This document shows positions 50,400-63,603 of a stretch of DNA of 64,000 nucleotides, piece after piece. Within the stretch, counting starts at the first letter, position 1; each line of letters opens with the position of its first letter. Source of the stretch: Podarcis erhardii (taxonomy: Eukaryota); assembly GCA_964252035.1 (NCBI GenBank), contig OZ176200.1; one strand, given 5' to 3'. The notes under the pieces were generated by a model that made no database searches, was not told where the DNA came from, and saw nothing but the letters and a program-made list of their open reading frames with translations. The position numbers and the translations under genes were made by a program.

Positions 50400-51500
50400 G
50401 TGCGATGCTGAGGAGGAAACCTCTCTATGGGGTTAAGTCCCATTGAGTCCAATGGAACTGACTTCCGGTTGAAATGATGCAGGGTCTCAGGCTCAATTTC
50501 CTGTCTCGAAAGGAGAATCGTCTGAACCCGCCGCCCTTTTCTCTTGCAGCACTTAATCGCCCCCATAGCATCAAGAAGGTCCTTTCCTTCGTGCCCTCTT
50601 CCACACGCCCGGCATAAAGGAACAACACCCGCAGAGTGGAACACGCTCTCCACGCATTAAAGACCTCACCTCCGGGTAGCGCCTCTCTTTCCTTGCTTTT
50701 CTCTATGGTTCTTTGACCGGAAACAATTCTTTTCTCTACTCTATCGTCCCCCTAGATATAGAGATATGAAAAGAGTTGCAGTAAACTTATACTGTAAATG
50801 TATAAACTTATAAATGTATATTAGCATAAATATCCTTTGATGATGATTCTCTACAAATGCATAATGACAGTCGTTTTGATATCTTCGGGGTGAATCCTCT
50901 ATCTTGCAGTAGGGACAAGATTTCGATCCTAAATCAGAAGTTACGATAAGGGTAGTGTGCAACTCTTACTTTTTTCTATCTCTACGATAACCCCCAGCTT
51001 CAGAAGGCGGAAGTTGGACCGAAGTCGGCATTTCCTGTGCTTATATGTGACAGCAGAGCGGACGCGTTTTCCGGCACTCTATGGTCCCTGAGGGAGCGTT
51101 ACGTGTCTATATATTTCCTTCGCGGTCACGCCAACCCAACCATTTGCCTGCCTGCCTGGGTTCTGGACTTGCGAGGTGAAGATTAACCCCTTTAAAGCGG
51201 TTACGGCAATCCCTGGAAGTCGCTCTGGAAAGCTTCCCTTTATGGTGCCGCCTCTGGTCCTGGAACGTCAGTCAGCAGTTACCATAGAGTTGCGGGGTGG
51301 GAGCGGGCTCTGGGCGGCACAAAGCGGGGAGGGGGGATGAGTCTCGTTCTTCCGGGGGGGGGGGGGGAGAAGTGAAAGGAAGAGCTTTTGTTTTGTTTTA
51401 AGTGGAATGGGGCTGTGGGGCTCCTCGTTGGCCTAGGAAGGCGGTGGACAAGCAAACCAAAGAGGGAAAGGGAAGGAGGTGCCCGGTGGTGAGTTGACTT
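50400..51500. promoter_or_regulatory. CpG island / bidirectional promoter of BCS1L and ZNF142
   Basis: CpG-enriched; lies between divergent genes; ETS cores ACTTCCGG (50461-50468) and ACCGGAAA (50716-50723); G-rich tract at ~51300-51370. Confidence 0.75.
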
Positions 51501-51862
51501 GGGTGGGCCCTCCAAGACTCTCACGGCATAGCTGTCAACTTTTCCCTTTTCTTGCGAGGAATCCTATTCGGAATAAGGGAATTTCCCTTTAAAAAAGAAA
51601 AACGTTGACAGCTATGTCTCACAGGGGTGCAAGGAAGGCAAAAGGTGCTCCCAGAGACTCATTGCCCCCCTAATGCTGTTGTATGTGTGCTTTGTAATGG
51701 GGTTGGGGCGGGCGGGTCATGGCCTGAAAAGGAAGGGGCCCCCACAGGGCTAAGCTGAGCCCTGGAGTTGGTTACTGGCCATTCTGCCTCAGGCATCCTC
51801 GTTCATCCTTTCCCTTAAAATATCCGTATTTTTCTCTCTCTTTCTCTTCCCTTGCACTTCAG

Positions 51863-51950
51863 AGAGCAGTAAAGATGGCCCACGCCTGGCACTGGGAGCC
51901 TGAACGGCTGCAGAAGAAGCCCACCAGGAGGAGGAGAGGAAACCGGGTGT
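51863..51950 (+). other. Candidate ZNF142 5'UTR exon containing an upstream ATG
   Basis: Long pyrimidine tract + CAG acceptor at 51862; GTAAGT donor at 51951. Confidence 0.55.
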
Positions 51951-52084
51951 GTAAGTTCAGCCCCATTGTTTTAAAGCCTGCTTCACCACCCAGTCAGGTG
52001 GCTACATTCCTGCAGGGCTGCTTTACCCCAGCTAGTTGGGATCACTTGCCAGCTGCTATCCAAAAACATGCAGAAGAGGGGATA

Positions 52085-52390
52085 TGGTAAGATGTGTATA
52101 AAACGATGCATGGTGTAGAGAAGGCAAACAGAACCATGTTTTTCTCCTTCTCTCCTAATATTGGAGCCTGGGGTCATCTAACGGAGCTGAAGGATAGGAG
52201 ATTCAGGATATATAGAAGGAAGGACTTCTTTATACAGTGTGTAATTAAGGTATGGAACTCACTGCCACAATATGTAGTGGTAGCCAGTAGCTCGTGTTAC
52301 TTTAAAAAGGGAGCTAGACAAATTCACAGACAATAAGGCTATTAGTGGCTTCTAGGTGTGATGGCTATATTCTGCCTCTAGGTTCAGGGA
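52085..52390 (+). mobile_element. Old CR1 LINE 3' fragment (end of ORF2 + UTR)
   Basis: Translates as GHLTELKDRRFRIYRRKDFFIQCVIKVWNSLPQYVV…, the CR1 ORF2 C-terminal signature. Confidence 0.8.
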
Positions 52391-53718
52391 TATAATGTTT
52401 CTAAATACCGTTTACAGGGGAACAACAGTGGGCGAAAGTTTGGCAGAAGCTGACAGGACTTTTAATTCTAAATGGGCAGTGCCCTTCATTTTTTCTGGAA
52501 GTTTTGTTAATCATAGAAATAACTATATCATCAAGCATACATGGCACTTGCATATCTAGCACGCTGTTACTTATGTTAATTTGGTCTGGAATCTTTCCTC
52601 TAAACATTCTTGGGCATGATTATCTGAAGATGCATGCCAAAATGATTAGGTAACATATTTGTGAGTTTTACTGTGTGCCAGTAGGCAGTTCTGTGTGCTG
52701 TTCTTACAGGAAGCAAATTCAAACCCCCAAAATGTATGTCCCAGTGTGAGTCTGATCCTGGAAATTAGCTTTTCATCCATTTACAACTGCCCATCTCTGA
52801 GCCAGGTTTATCTGGAATGAATGCAGTGGAGTTCAGCTGTATGTGAAACTATTACCAAGGTGTTTAGACTCCAAGATTTGAAGAAAGAAATCTGGAGAGA
52901 GTGTTCCTATTGATTAAAGTACTGGGCTTTACACAGGAAGAATTAACATACCTTTACCAGCTAGAGTGAAAAAGAACAGCTTGGTATTATATATATAATC
53001 TAGTACAGGAAGAAGTCTGCAGGATTGTAGTGTTGGGCTCTGCTGTGTTGCTAAAGCAGAACATTCTGCATATTGGTTCTGGGATGTAATATGTTTTGCA
53101 GTAATGGAGATGCTTTTAACTGAGCTAATAGAAGACAGTAGACTGTGCTGGCCAGTGGAAGTAGACTGGCAAAACCTCTTCAGGCTGTGAGGGTAGGCTG
53201 CAAATAACCCAATAAATTGCTATCTTATCTAATGGTAGAGCAAGCCCCATTATGTTTTGACAGCCTAGATGCAGTGATAAAGACTATCAAAGTGTTTTCA
53301 GCTCTAAATTCTTCAGCAGTTTGCCTTAAGCCTCCATACAGTTGGTTTTAGTCTATTCCAGACTTGATTGTAAAAACCACTGACATAGCTGCATAAACTT
53401 TCATCTTTCCTCTGTGCTTCTCTTCTCCAGGAAAGTAAATCTGTGAATGTCCTGAATTTTCCCATCCTGAACCAAATACTGTCCTGTTGAGCTTTCTGCT
53501 TAAGCAGACATAGTTGCCAACTCCAATAGCTGCCTAATACTAACAAAGCTAACAGTTAATATTGGGCATTACAAAACCACCCCATACTCATTTATTTTGA
53601 AAAACTTAATCCTTGGTTGCTTCTCTTCAGGAAAGCAATGGTACCATTTTCTTGCTATGTTTTTAACAGGAGCTGTACCCCACTTTATGTCATGGTGCAA
53701 GGCTACACTGAGGAGTGA

Positions 53719-56700
53719 ATGACAATGAGCACGGGAGCAGTTACAACGGAACCTGTGGGAGGAGACAAGATGAACGCACTATGCCAGGAGCTCTTGCTAC
53801 CCGGCTCAACAGATGCAGGAAATGAGAACAACCATAGCATCTCCAGTGAGAACTTAGTGGTGGGACAAAGCTTGCTTTTAACAGAGGCTTCTGTGGTAGG
53901 AACAGAAACTGCTGGTGTTGAAATATTTGTAGAAGCCGTGACTAGCAGCATGTCCCTCAGCAATCCTGGCAGCACTACAGGTATGTTGTGCCCTGATGGG
54001 TCTTTGTAACCATGTAAGAATGAACCACTTTGTCACTGTCCTCTTTTAGTGTGAGTGGTTTCTGTCATGTGGCATTTGTATTCTAAAGGAGCATCAGAAA
54101 GAAGCCTTAGGATCTTAGGTCTGGTACAAAAGGCCAAGAGACCTGTGAAAGAGTAGTCTGGCTTTTCTGCACCTGATACTGTATTCTGTAATTGTAAGTT
54201 GCTTTGATACATTTTAAGTAGTCAGCAGCGAATAAATGCAAGAAAAATGAGGGTAAAGTTTGTACATCTGTTATCTGGGAGAAGGGATATCTGCCACATT
54301 CTGTTATCTGCTCTAGGAATTGGAGAGAATGGAGATTGTGTTCTGATTGGGGTTCCTGGGTCCTTGTTATTATCAATTGTCCAGCAAATCACCAAGATAA
54401 GCTATGACTGTGGCTAGATTTGCTTGAGGTACTGTGAGCAGCTGAGATGGAAAAGGTGCAAGGTGTATTTGCCTAATAGGAGGAGGCAGGGATTTATTTT
54501 CACTGTATCTGATGGGATATTGCTGAGCTTGCAATAGGCATGAAGCTTACTGTGGATCTGTTTGCTGCACCTTCATAAGGCTGCTTATGGGAGCTACCCT
54601 TCAATGTCATGGTGATAAATATTGGACTAATGCCATGGAATATAAGGACCAGAGGCCTTACTATGTTCTTTGAGGTCTACAGTTTTGCCTGCAGTGCCTC
54701 TGCCATACTCAGTACAAATGACTGAACTATCTTTAGGACTAAGAAGCTAATGTCTTTATTAGGGCAAAGGGGCTGATACTGTGTGCCTCAACATCATCCT
54801 CTGCCCCCGTCTCTTTTAACAGTGCTGAGGAGCATGAGGGGTATAGAATATGGGAGAGTGCAGTGCGGTGCCTTGGAGGACATCAAGAGCATAGGATTTG
54901 CAGGGTACCATATTTACAGCAAAGTAGGGTAGGATGTTTAATGAAGGAGAAGACACCACTTACAGGGATGTTTAGGTGGTGGCATGTGGGAAGGGGGCTT
55001 AGGTGTTAAGGAGTTGGAAGCTTACAAGGGAGTGATTGGCATCAGTGATCTTGCAAAGGAATTTGAGAGGCAAGATTCATATAGGTGGTACACACTGAGA
55101 CAGGATAGTAAGGGACACGTTTGAAAATTAAGCAGTGGTCCTACCATTGCCCTCCTTCAAATCAAACGTGATATTTTCCTGTGAAAATGTTTGGGTGTGG
55201 TTCTAAACACCTGAAGCATGGAGAGTCCCCCCCCCCTCCGCTCCAACCCATTTGAATTGAATCCTGTGTTCTGATAACAGTTCTTATAGGTGACTCTCCA
55301 CCTATATGCTGATGGCTGTGACAGAGCTTTGGAGAATTCTTGCCTGTAAGCTGACACAGTTTTTAGTAATTTTTGCCTTGGACGAGATTTGAACTGAGGC
55401 ATGAGGTAGGTGTGTGTGGATTTTTTTCTACCTTATTTTCATCTGTTTTTTTAAAATATCTCCTTACAGAGGTCTTGGTTAAAGTTGTGGAGCTCTATTT
55501 CTGCGAACGGTGTGGGCAGAGCTTCTCTGACCCTGGCCTGCTTTCCCAGCATCAGTGCATTGAGCTTCCCAGAGGACAACTTGCAAGCATCCCTCAGCTC
55601 CAAGAGCTACCACTGGGCCTTACAAGCCAGAGCCTGGCTGCCTCTGGAGAGCAGTCGACAGTCTATGAGGCACAAGCGCAGGGCTTGCTGGATAGAAGCA
55701 GGCAGGACCCTGAATTCTGTACCGATCCCCTCTTGTGCCCTGTTTGTCAGGTGGAGTTTGCCTTGCCCACTGAGCTGAAGGAGCATTTCAGGGACCACCA
55801 AAAACCTACGGGTCCCCAAGTGTGCTTTGAAGAAGGCTGTCATTTCAGCTCGGAGGATCGCAAGCAACTCCGGGGGCACCTGCGGCACGTCCACCAGGTG
55901 TGCCCAGTCACCTGCACCTACCGTGGCTGCTCGCTCTTATTCCGAAGCCGAGAGGACATGGACCTTCACCGCAGAAGCCACTTCCCATTTCACTGTAGGC
56001 ACTGTGACTTCATCAGCGGCAACACCAAGCAGTTTGGGCAGCACCGACACAGCCATCTGCAGGAGGCCACACAGCAGGATGTGGAGGCAGCGCTGGAGAC
56101 GGGAGCAGTCGCTGAGAGCACTGAGCACAGCTTCACTGCCATAGTGGGGAAGCGGCTCACCCATCATCTGCTTCTAACATCAGGTACTTGGGGCTGAGGA
56201 AGAGACTAGGGTGGGCAGAAGGGGGAATGCTTGGGAGCGATGCCAGCCACCTACTTCTTAAAAACCCCACTGGATCCTAGGGGTCTCTTAACTCACTTTT
56301 GTGACAGCTTCCACTTCACTTAGAGACAATGCCATAGGCAGAGGTAAAGGGGTGAAGCTCCATTAGTCAGCCGGCTTTGTTTAATGATATTGTTTGTGGA
56401 TGTGGAAAATTATAGCATGAAAAGATGGTGGTAGATTCTGAATGGTGAACCATGGCAGGGAAAGGGATTTGAAATGGTGGGAAAGTTATGGGAATGTAGT
56501 AGCTGAGAGCAGCTCTTCCTTTGAAAATGCCCAAAGTTTAATCCTCCTCTCTGTCAAACCATGAAGGTCTTATTTCCACTTTTTATGTGTCTTAATTTTA
56601 ACCCTCTTTTCTAGTTCCTGTTCTACTTCCCTTTGCCTGGTTCTCAATATGCATTTATTTGCATGTTATCATTTGCTCATCTCAAGCCTTTTCTCTATAA

Positions 56701-59700
56701 AAAAATGGAGTCCCTGGTTTATATTTCATTTTCTTTCCAAGGAAGGGAAGAACCACTAAGCAAGGCTGAGAATTGCTTGGAAGTTCAGAGTGGTTGGGAT
56801 GTGACTGAAATGGAGCCTGGCCTGGGGGCACATGTTGGTAGCAGTCATGTGCCTCCTGAGGACTCAGGACCCAAGGAAGACACAGGGGATGAATTTCAGG
56901 AGGAGGAGGAGGTGGTGGTGGTGGTGGTGGAGAAGGAGAGCTTTGAGAAGAAAGCATCTTCTAAAAGAACAAAGGCTCAGCTGATCAAAGGTAGAGACTT
57001 GCATTAATTTGCGAGCAGTACAGTTTCTGGCATTTCTTAGAAAAGCTTTGCCAAACAGCAAATGCACTGGCATATTACAGCATGCCCTATATTTGAAGAG
57101 GGTCTCCCTGCCTGAACTGGTTGTTTTCTTTCCTGAGTTCAGAGGCAAACTACTTCACACATTAGTTCCCACTTCTGCTTGGAAATCTATTTGTGATGCT
57201 TTCTTTTCTTTGGAATGGGGTGGAGCATTGAATGCAATGGCTATTCTCCAGTGGGTGCTAACTGATTCCCAATTATCCCTAAATCTCCTGAGCTACTAGA
57301 AGCTCTTAAGCATAGGGTGGGGTTTTTAGATAAATTTTATATCTGTAAAAAAACCCCCTCTATTGTTATAGGCCATTGCAATAATTTTTTATTGTAGGGT
57401 AGAGAGAACATGGGAAGAGATTGCAGTTCGGAGCAACTGTTATTGCTAGAGATGAGAGGCAGGCAAAATAGACTTCTGGAGCATGACCAAAGGCCTTTTT
57501 ATTCATTCCTCTGCACTTAAGGCATGCTTCTCTCATTGCAGAAGGTGCGGTTGAGGACTCCAAATACCTGTTCAAGACCCACATGTGTCCGGAGTGCAAG
57601 CGTTGCTTCAAGAAGCGGACTCACCTGGTGGAACACCTTCACCTCCACTTTCCTGACCCCAGGCTGCAGTGCCCAAACTGCCAGAAGTTCTTCACCAGCA
57701 AGAGCAAGCTGAAGATCCACATGATGCGTGAGAACGGGGAGAAGGCCCACCGCTGCCCGCTGTGCCACTACAGCTCTGTAGAGAAGAATGCCCTCAACAG
57801 GCACATGGCCAGCATGCATGAGGACATCTCCAACTTCTACTCGGACGTCTACTCCTGTCCTGTGTGCAAGGAGACGTTCAAGCTTAGCCATGCCCTCAAG
57901 GAGCACCTGAAGACCCACAAGGCAGAGCCCAAGCAGCTGAGCTGCTTCCAGGCCGACTGCAGCTACTGCACCGAGGACCGCAAGGACTTCCTGCGGCATG
58001 TCAGGGAGGCGCACTACATCAAAGCGGTGGAGTGCAAGTACTATGCCTGCTCCCTGCTCTTCCCCACCGCGGAGGTCATGGAAGCGCATCGCAAGACGCA
58101 CTACGCCTTCCACTGCCAGCAGTGCGACTTCATCTGCTCCAACAAGCACGTCTTCCGCAAGCATAAGAAGCAAGGCCACCCGGGGAGCGAGCAGCTCCAG
58201 TGCAGCTTCTGCCCCTTTGCCACATTCAACTCTGTGGAATTCCACGACCACGTGGGCAAGATGCACGCCAGTGAGAAGATCCACAAGTGCACCGAGTGCA
58301 ACTTCGCCACGGCACACAAGAGGGTCCTCATCCGCCACATGCTGCTCCACACAGGCAAGTTTGCTTCTCTGCATGGGGACTCCTAGGGAAGCTCTGGAAC
58401 GTGTCAGCTTAGGTTAGACTTGTTTTTCCTGTACAAAATCCTGGCCTTCTGGGGCCAGGTTCTGCCCCACACCTCTTGTTGAAAGACCTAGATTCTGTAC
58501 TGGAAAGGGATTGAGATTCTTTAGTAAAATTTAGGCATATTTGCCAGAATTTCAGTTCTGGTTATAGAGTTCAACAGTCTTCAGTAGAAAGTTAGATTCC
58601 CTGACTAGACTTTTGTTGGAGTTTGCAATTTTTGGCAGCCCATTCCCTATTTTAGTTGCAATTTCCCACCAGCCTTTCCTTTTCCCAGCTAGCAGCCTTG
58701 GATGCAGCTAGGTGAAGGCGCTTAGAGCACTGTTGCATTTACCTGCCCACCCCAACCTCCCAGCAAGCCCCTCCAGATCAGGAAGGTCTGGCAAGCAAAG
58801 GGCAGAAACGCGGAGAAGGACTTTCCAGTTTGTGGCCCTGCATGGTGAAGGCACTTGCAGTGCCATGGTGATGAAGCGGCCAAGCAGCCCTAGCTTTCCT
58901 CTCCACTTTGGAGTGAGAAAGAGGCAGGGATTGGTGCTTAGCCAATGGGATCATTGACACTCACCTCTACACTTGCACTGTGGGAAGGCATGCTTGTTGC
59001 TTGTTAACGCTTACTTGAGGGCAGTGCCACACATGGTTAAAACCTGGGCGGCATCCATATGCAGTGACAGTAAAGCAATATGCTGTGGGAAGGAAGTGCT
59101 ACCATTTATTTGGGGGTTTTTTGTGGGGCAGGGCAAAGTAGGGCCTCATTTTAAATTGAAAATCTGCTGCCCTCAAGGGGCACTGCAGGCAGGACTGTCA
59201 ATCTACAGCTTCCAGTTTGCTCTGTGACTTTAGGAGAGAAGCCTCACAAATGCCAGCTGTGCGACTTCACTTGCCGAGACGTGAGCTACCTTTCCAAGCA
59301 TATGCTGACCCACTCTGATGACAAGAACTACATGTGCACCGAGTGTGGCTATGTGACAAAGTGGAAGCACTACCTGAATGTTCACATGCGGAAGCACACG
59401 GGAGATCTGAGGTACTGAGAGACCCCCTTCCCCTTCCCCTGGCTTGTTTCCTGTATCAGGAAGTAATCCGTATGCAGAGCTGAGGCTTTTCTCCTTCCAC
59501 CGTCTTGACCCACTCTTGTTTTGTGTGCAACCAGGTATCAGTGTAACCAGTGTTCCTACCGCTGCCACCGGGCCGACCAGCTGAGCAGCCACAAGCTGCG
59601 CCACCAGGGCAAGTCCTTGATCTGCGAGGTGTGTGGCTTTGCTTGCAAGCGCAAGTATGAGCTGCAGAAGCACATGCAGGCGAAACACTCCCAGAACTAC

Positions 59701-62700
59701 CAGTCTCCCATCTTCCAGTGTCAGTACTGCAGCTACCAGACCAAATACAAGCAAGCCCTGCTCAACCACGAGAACTGCAAGCACACCAAGCAGAGGGAGT
59801 TCCGTTGTGCCCTGTGCCCTTACCGCACCTTCAGCAATACCAGCCTTTTCTTCCACAAGCGCAAGGTCCACGGCTATGTGCCCGGTGACAAGGGCTGGCA
59901 GGAGAACTATGCCAGCAAGGAGCTGGAGGTCACCTCGACGGAGGTGCTGCTCAGTTACAACCTGGCCATGACCCTCCATGCTGAGCCCAGCCCCTCCCTT
60001 CCCAGGAGGCATGACAAAACCAAGGCCCTTATTTCAGAGGTCCAGGAGGAGGATGGCCCCCAGGAGACTTTCATCATGTCTCTCTTTGGGAGTGAAGGCA
60101 ATGCTGAGACCGGGAGAGAGGAAGTGGTGGGAGAGCAAGACCATAGTAAGACAGATGCAGCCCCTTCAGAGGAACTCTCAACCAAAGCCTTTCCGAAGGG
60201 CTCAGGGGAATCGGGCAGTATTGGGAAGCCCCTTCCGACTTGCACACTGCATCTGGAGACCCTGTGCAGCTCTGATCCAGAGCAGCTGGTTGAGGAGATG
60301 CCCGCAGCAATGCCAGACAGTGGGGTGGCCCAGAATTGTAAGGAGGTGGAATCGGCCTATGAAGCATTAGGTTCCAAGGACTCCCTCCTCCTGGAGGACA
60401 GCGAATCTGCTCTTGACGACATCCCTGACTTTGAGGAGGAGGCAGAGGTCCATGAGGATAGAGAGATGGAGCTGGAGAAAGGTGCTGGGTCAAGGACTGT
60501 TGAAGAGAACAAAAAAGATGCTCAGCAGGATCTGGGGGACAGAAAGGGTGATGGGCAGGACTCTGAACTTCAGCAGGCACCACCCAGCCCTGAGCAGGGA
60601 TTGGGGTGCAAAGAACCCAGTATACAGGAAGCTTGGCCAAAGGGGTCAAAGCAAGATTCTCTTCGACCTGTTACTGGCCACGAGACTCTCCTTGCCCCAG
60701 AAGATATGCTTCCTCCCTCTGAAGAAGGCTCCGATTCAGAATCTGTGCTGAAAGCTCTAAGGAGGCAGGACAAGGAGCAAGCGGAAACCCTGGTCCTGGA
60801 AGGCAGGGTGCAGATGTTGGTGGTTCAGTCCGAGAGCCGCGTCTTCAAGTGCGAAAAATGCTCTTACATCACCAGGAAGGAGAAATCAATGCTGGTGCAC
60901 TGCAAAGCTGGCTGTCAGGGCAGGAAATGCCCCTTGGTGTGCCAGGAGTGTGGGGCCATTTTCAAGCAGCAGAGAGGCCTGAATACTCACCTCCTTAAGA
61001 AATGTCCGGCCCTCGTGAAGAAGACTGTCGGGAAAGCAGCCTGCTTAGACCAGCCTGTTGCAGTACAGCCCAATGGCAAGAGCCTAGAAATAGCGGAGGC
61101 TAAGAAGAATGGGACAGGAGACCCGGACGAGGAGGTGAGCATGCTTCAAAAGGCTTCCTGGGATGCAGAACCGAGGCCTGTGAATGCTGAGTCTACAGCC
61201 GCTGTCCTTCCCAACACACAGCCCTTGGCCATCAGCTTGCAAGAGAAGCCATCTCAGGGTGTCCCTGAAACCATGGTAGAAGAACAGTTGCCAGGAGCTA
61301 CCGCTGACACAGCTAGCTATCCCTTGGAGAAATACTATGTGGAGCAGAGCAAGTTCCACTGCAAAGCCTGTTCTTTTGCCTGTTCGCGGGTGTCCACCAT
61401 CCGCTCCCACGTAGAGGACGGCTGCCGTGGCTCAGAGCAGTTCTGCTGCCCGTTGTGCTCTAAGCCGTTCCGTTCCAAGAGGGCCGTTAAGATCCACCAG
61501 TTGGAGGGGCACGTTGAAGCTCATCCCACCCGGCTGCTAGAAAGGACCAAGCGCACGGCGGACTCAGAGGGCGGAGATCAGCAAGCAAATGGACAAATCA
61601 TCTGTAAGGAGATGGGTCGGGCCAATGAGCCAGCGGGAGCAAGCTCTCCCCGCCCTGTGGCCACACACAAGAAGCGGCACTTCTCCTGCCCCTCCTGCCC
61701 CTTCACGTGCCACCAGGAGCGTGCCCTGAAGACCCACAAGAAGCGGGGCTGCCTGAAGCTGGGCGAGTTCCGTTGCACGCTGTGCCCCTTCACCTCCAAG
61801 GCTGCGGCAGCTCTCCGACTGCACCGCAAACTCCACTGCAAGTACTATAGCAGCCGGCCGCAGCTGACCTGCCGCCAGTGCGACTTCACCTGTAAGCAGG
61901 TGCGCTGCCTGCGCCAGCACGTGCGCATCAAGCACGAGGGTGAGAAGCCCCACAAGTGCCCTTACTGCGAGTTCAGCACCACCCGGCGCTACCGGCTGGA
62001 TGCGCACCAGTCCTTGCACACGGGCGTGGGCCGCATCGCCTGCCCCACCTGCGGCCAGACTTTTGGCACCAACTCCAAGCTGCGCATCCACCGCCTGCGG
62101 GTCCACGAGAAGAAGCCCACCCACTTCTGCCCGCTCTGCGACTACAGCGGCTACATCCAGAACGACATCACCCGCCACGTCAACAGCTGCCACCAGGGGG
62201 AGCTGAACTTTGCCTGCGCCCACTGCCAAGCCCGCTTCAGCTCGGAGACGGCCCTCAAGCAGCATGCCCTGCGCCAGCACGAGGAGAAGGTCTCCTACGC
62301 TTGCCCTCGCTGCGCCTTCGTCTGCCACAGCGAGGCCACCCTCAAGTGCCATGTCCAGAAGCAGCACCCGCACCTGGAGTGCACCACCTGCAAGGCCACG
62401 CTGGCCACCCGCGAGGAGCTGGAGGAGCACAAGAAGCTGCACTTCAGCCACCACTGCGACATCTGCAGCTACGCGGCCAAGGAGCGGCAGCAGCTGGTGA
62501 GCCACTACTTGGAGGCCCATGAGCCCCCCGCGGCCAGCGAGAGGCCGCTCAGGTGCTCCTTTTGTGACTTCAGCTGCTGCCACCAGCTGGTCCTGGACCA
62601 CCACATGAAGGGCCACGGTGGCACCCGCATCTACAAGTGCTCCGACTGCGAGTACGCCACCAAGAACAAGCAGAAGATCACGTGGCACATCCGCATCCAC

Positions 62701-63603
62701 ACCGGGGAGAAGCCTTACAAGTGCCACCTGTGCCAGTATGCCTGCGCTGATCCTTCGCGCCTCAAGGTGAGAGCCGTCCATGCTCGGGATGATGGTTAAT
62801 AATGATTGCCTTGCCTGATTTGTCCACTCCCTGCCCAATATGTACCTACCTGTTTTCCCTCTTGGAGGGACTTAACTTTAGCTTTATTTGTTCTGGTTTT
62901 AACTTCCTGTTATAAGATTTAATTGTCACCAGTGGAGGCAAAACCTATCCAGTAAGATCGCCTTTCAGTGACAGACTATATGAAACATCTGTTGCTATCT
63001 GGGTTTTTTTCCAGCCCAGCTAGACTGGCTGCTTCCAGTCTGTGATTCTGGTCTCTTCCTCCTCTCTTGAAATCTTACAACTCTCTCTTATGCTTCAGCC
63101 AGTCTTGCCCCTCTCCTGCATGCATTTTGAAAGGTGGAAATGAAAAACAAAATACAAAACACAAAACTAAGGAGTGCCTCAGATGCGGTGTGTTAAGTCT
63201 GGCCTTTGTTACTGTGACTTTTCAGTGCCTTACTGTCCGTAGTATTCCCTCTCTGTCCTCATGGTTGCCTGCTAGGACCACTGATCCACTGGGTGAATTA
63301 TTTTTTTCTTTATTCAGTTTATATCCTGCCCTTCCTCCCAAAGGAGCCCAGGGTACCTGTAAAACATTTGCCTCACTGTTTAGTCTTCCTGGGTTCATAT
63401 AATAATGTTCCAATCAAGTAACTGGATTAAACCACCTGTGAGGTTGGTGTCCCGCATGTGTGACCCCCCTCCCATTTGTCTCCCTCTCTCTGCCCAGTAT
63501 CACATGCGCATACACAAGGAGGAGAGGAAGTACCTTTGCCCGGAATGTGGCTACAAGTGCAAGTGGGTGAATCAACTGAAGTACCACATGACAAAGCATA
63601 CAG
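53719..63603 (+). CDS. ZNF142: C2H2 zinc finger protein 142, 3'-partial (last exon lies beyond the window)
   Basis: Exons 53719-53980 (exon acceptor at 53670), 55470-56183, 56742-56990, 57542-58354, 59234-59411, 59535-62766, 63498-63603; phases consistent. FKTHMCPECKRCFKKRTHLVEHLHLHFPDP and YQCNQCSYRCHRADQLSSHKLRHQGK match human ZNF142 as recalled. Two donors are GC. The start codon and the 56183 donor are less certain. Confidence 0.9.

Noticed and set aside
61564-62838. 424-aa antisense ORF (also 57517-58374 and 59230-60012)
   Set aside because: Shadow frames of GC3-rich ZNF142 exons; low-complexity Ala/Val/Leu/Gly content with no recognisable domain.
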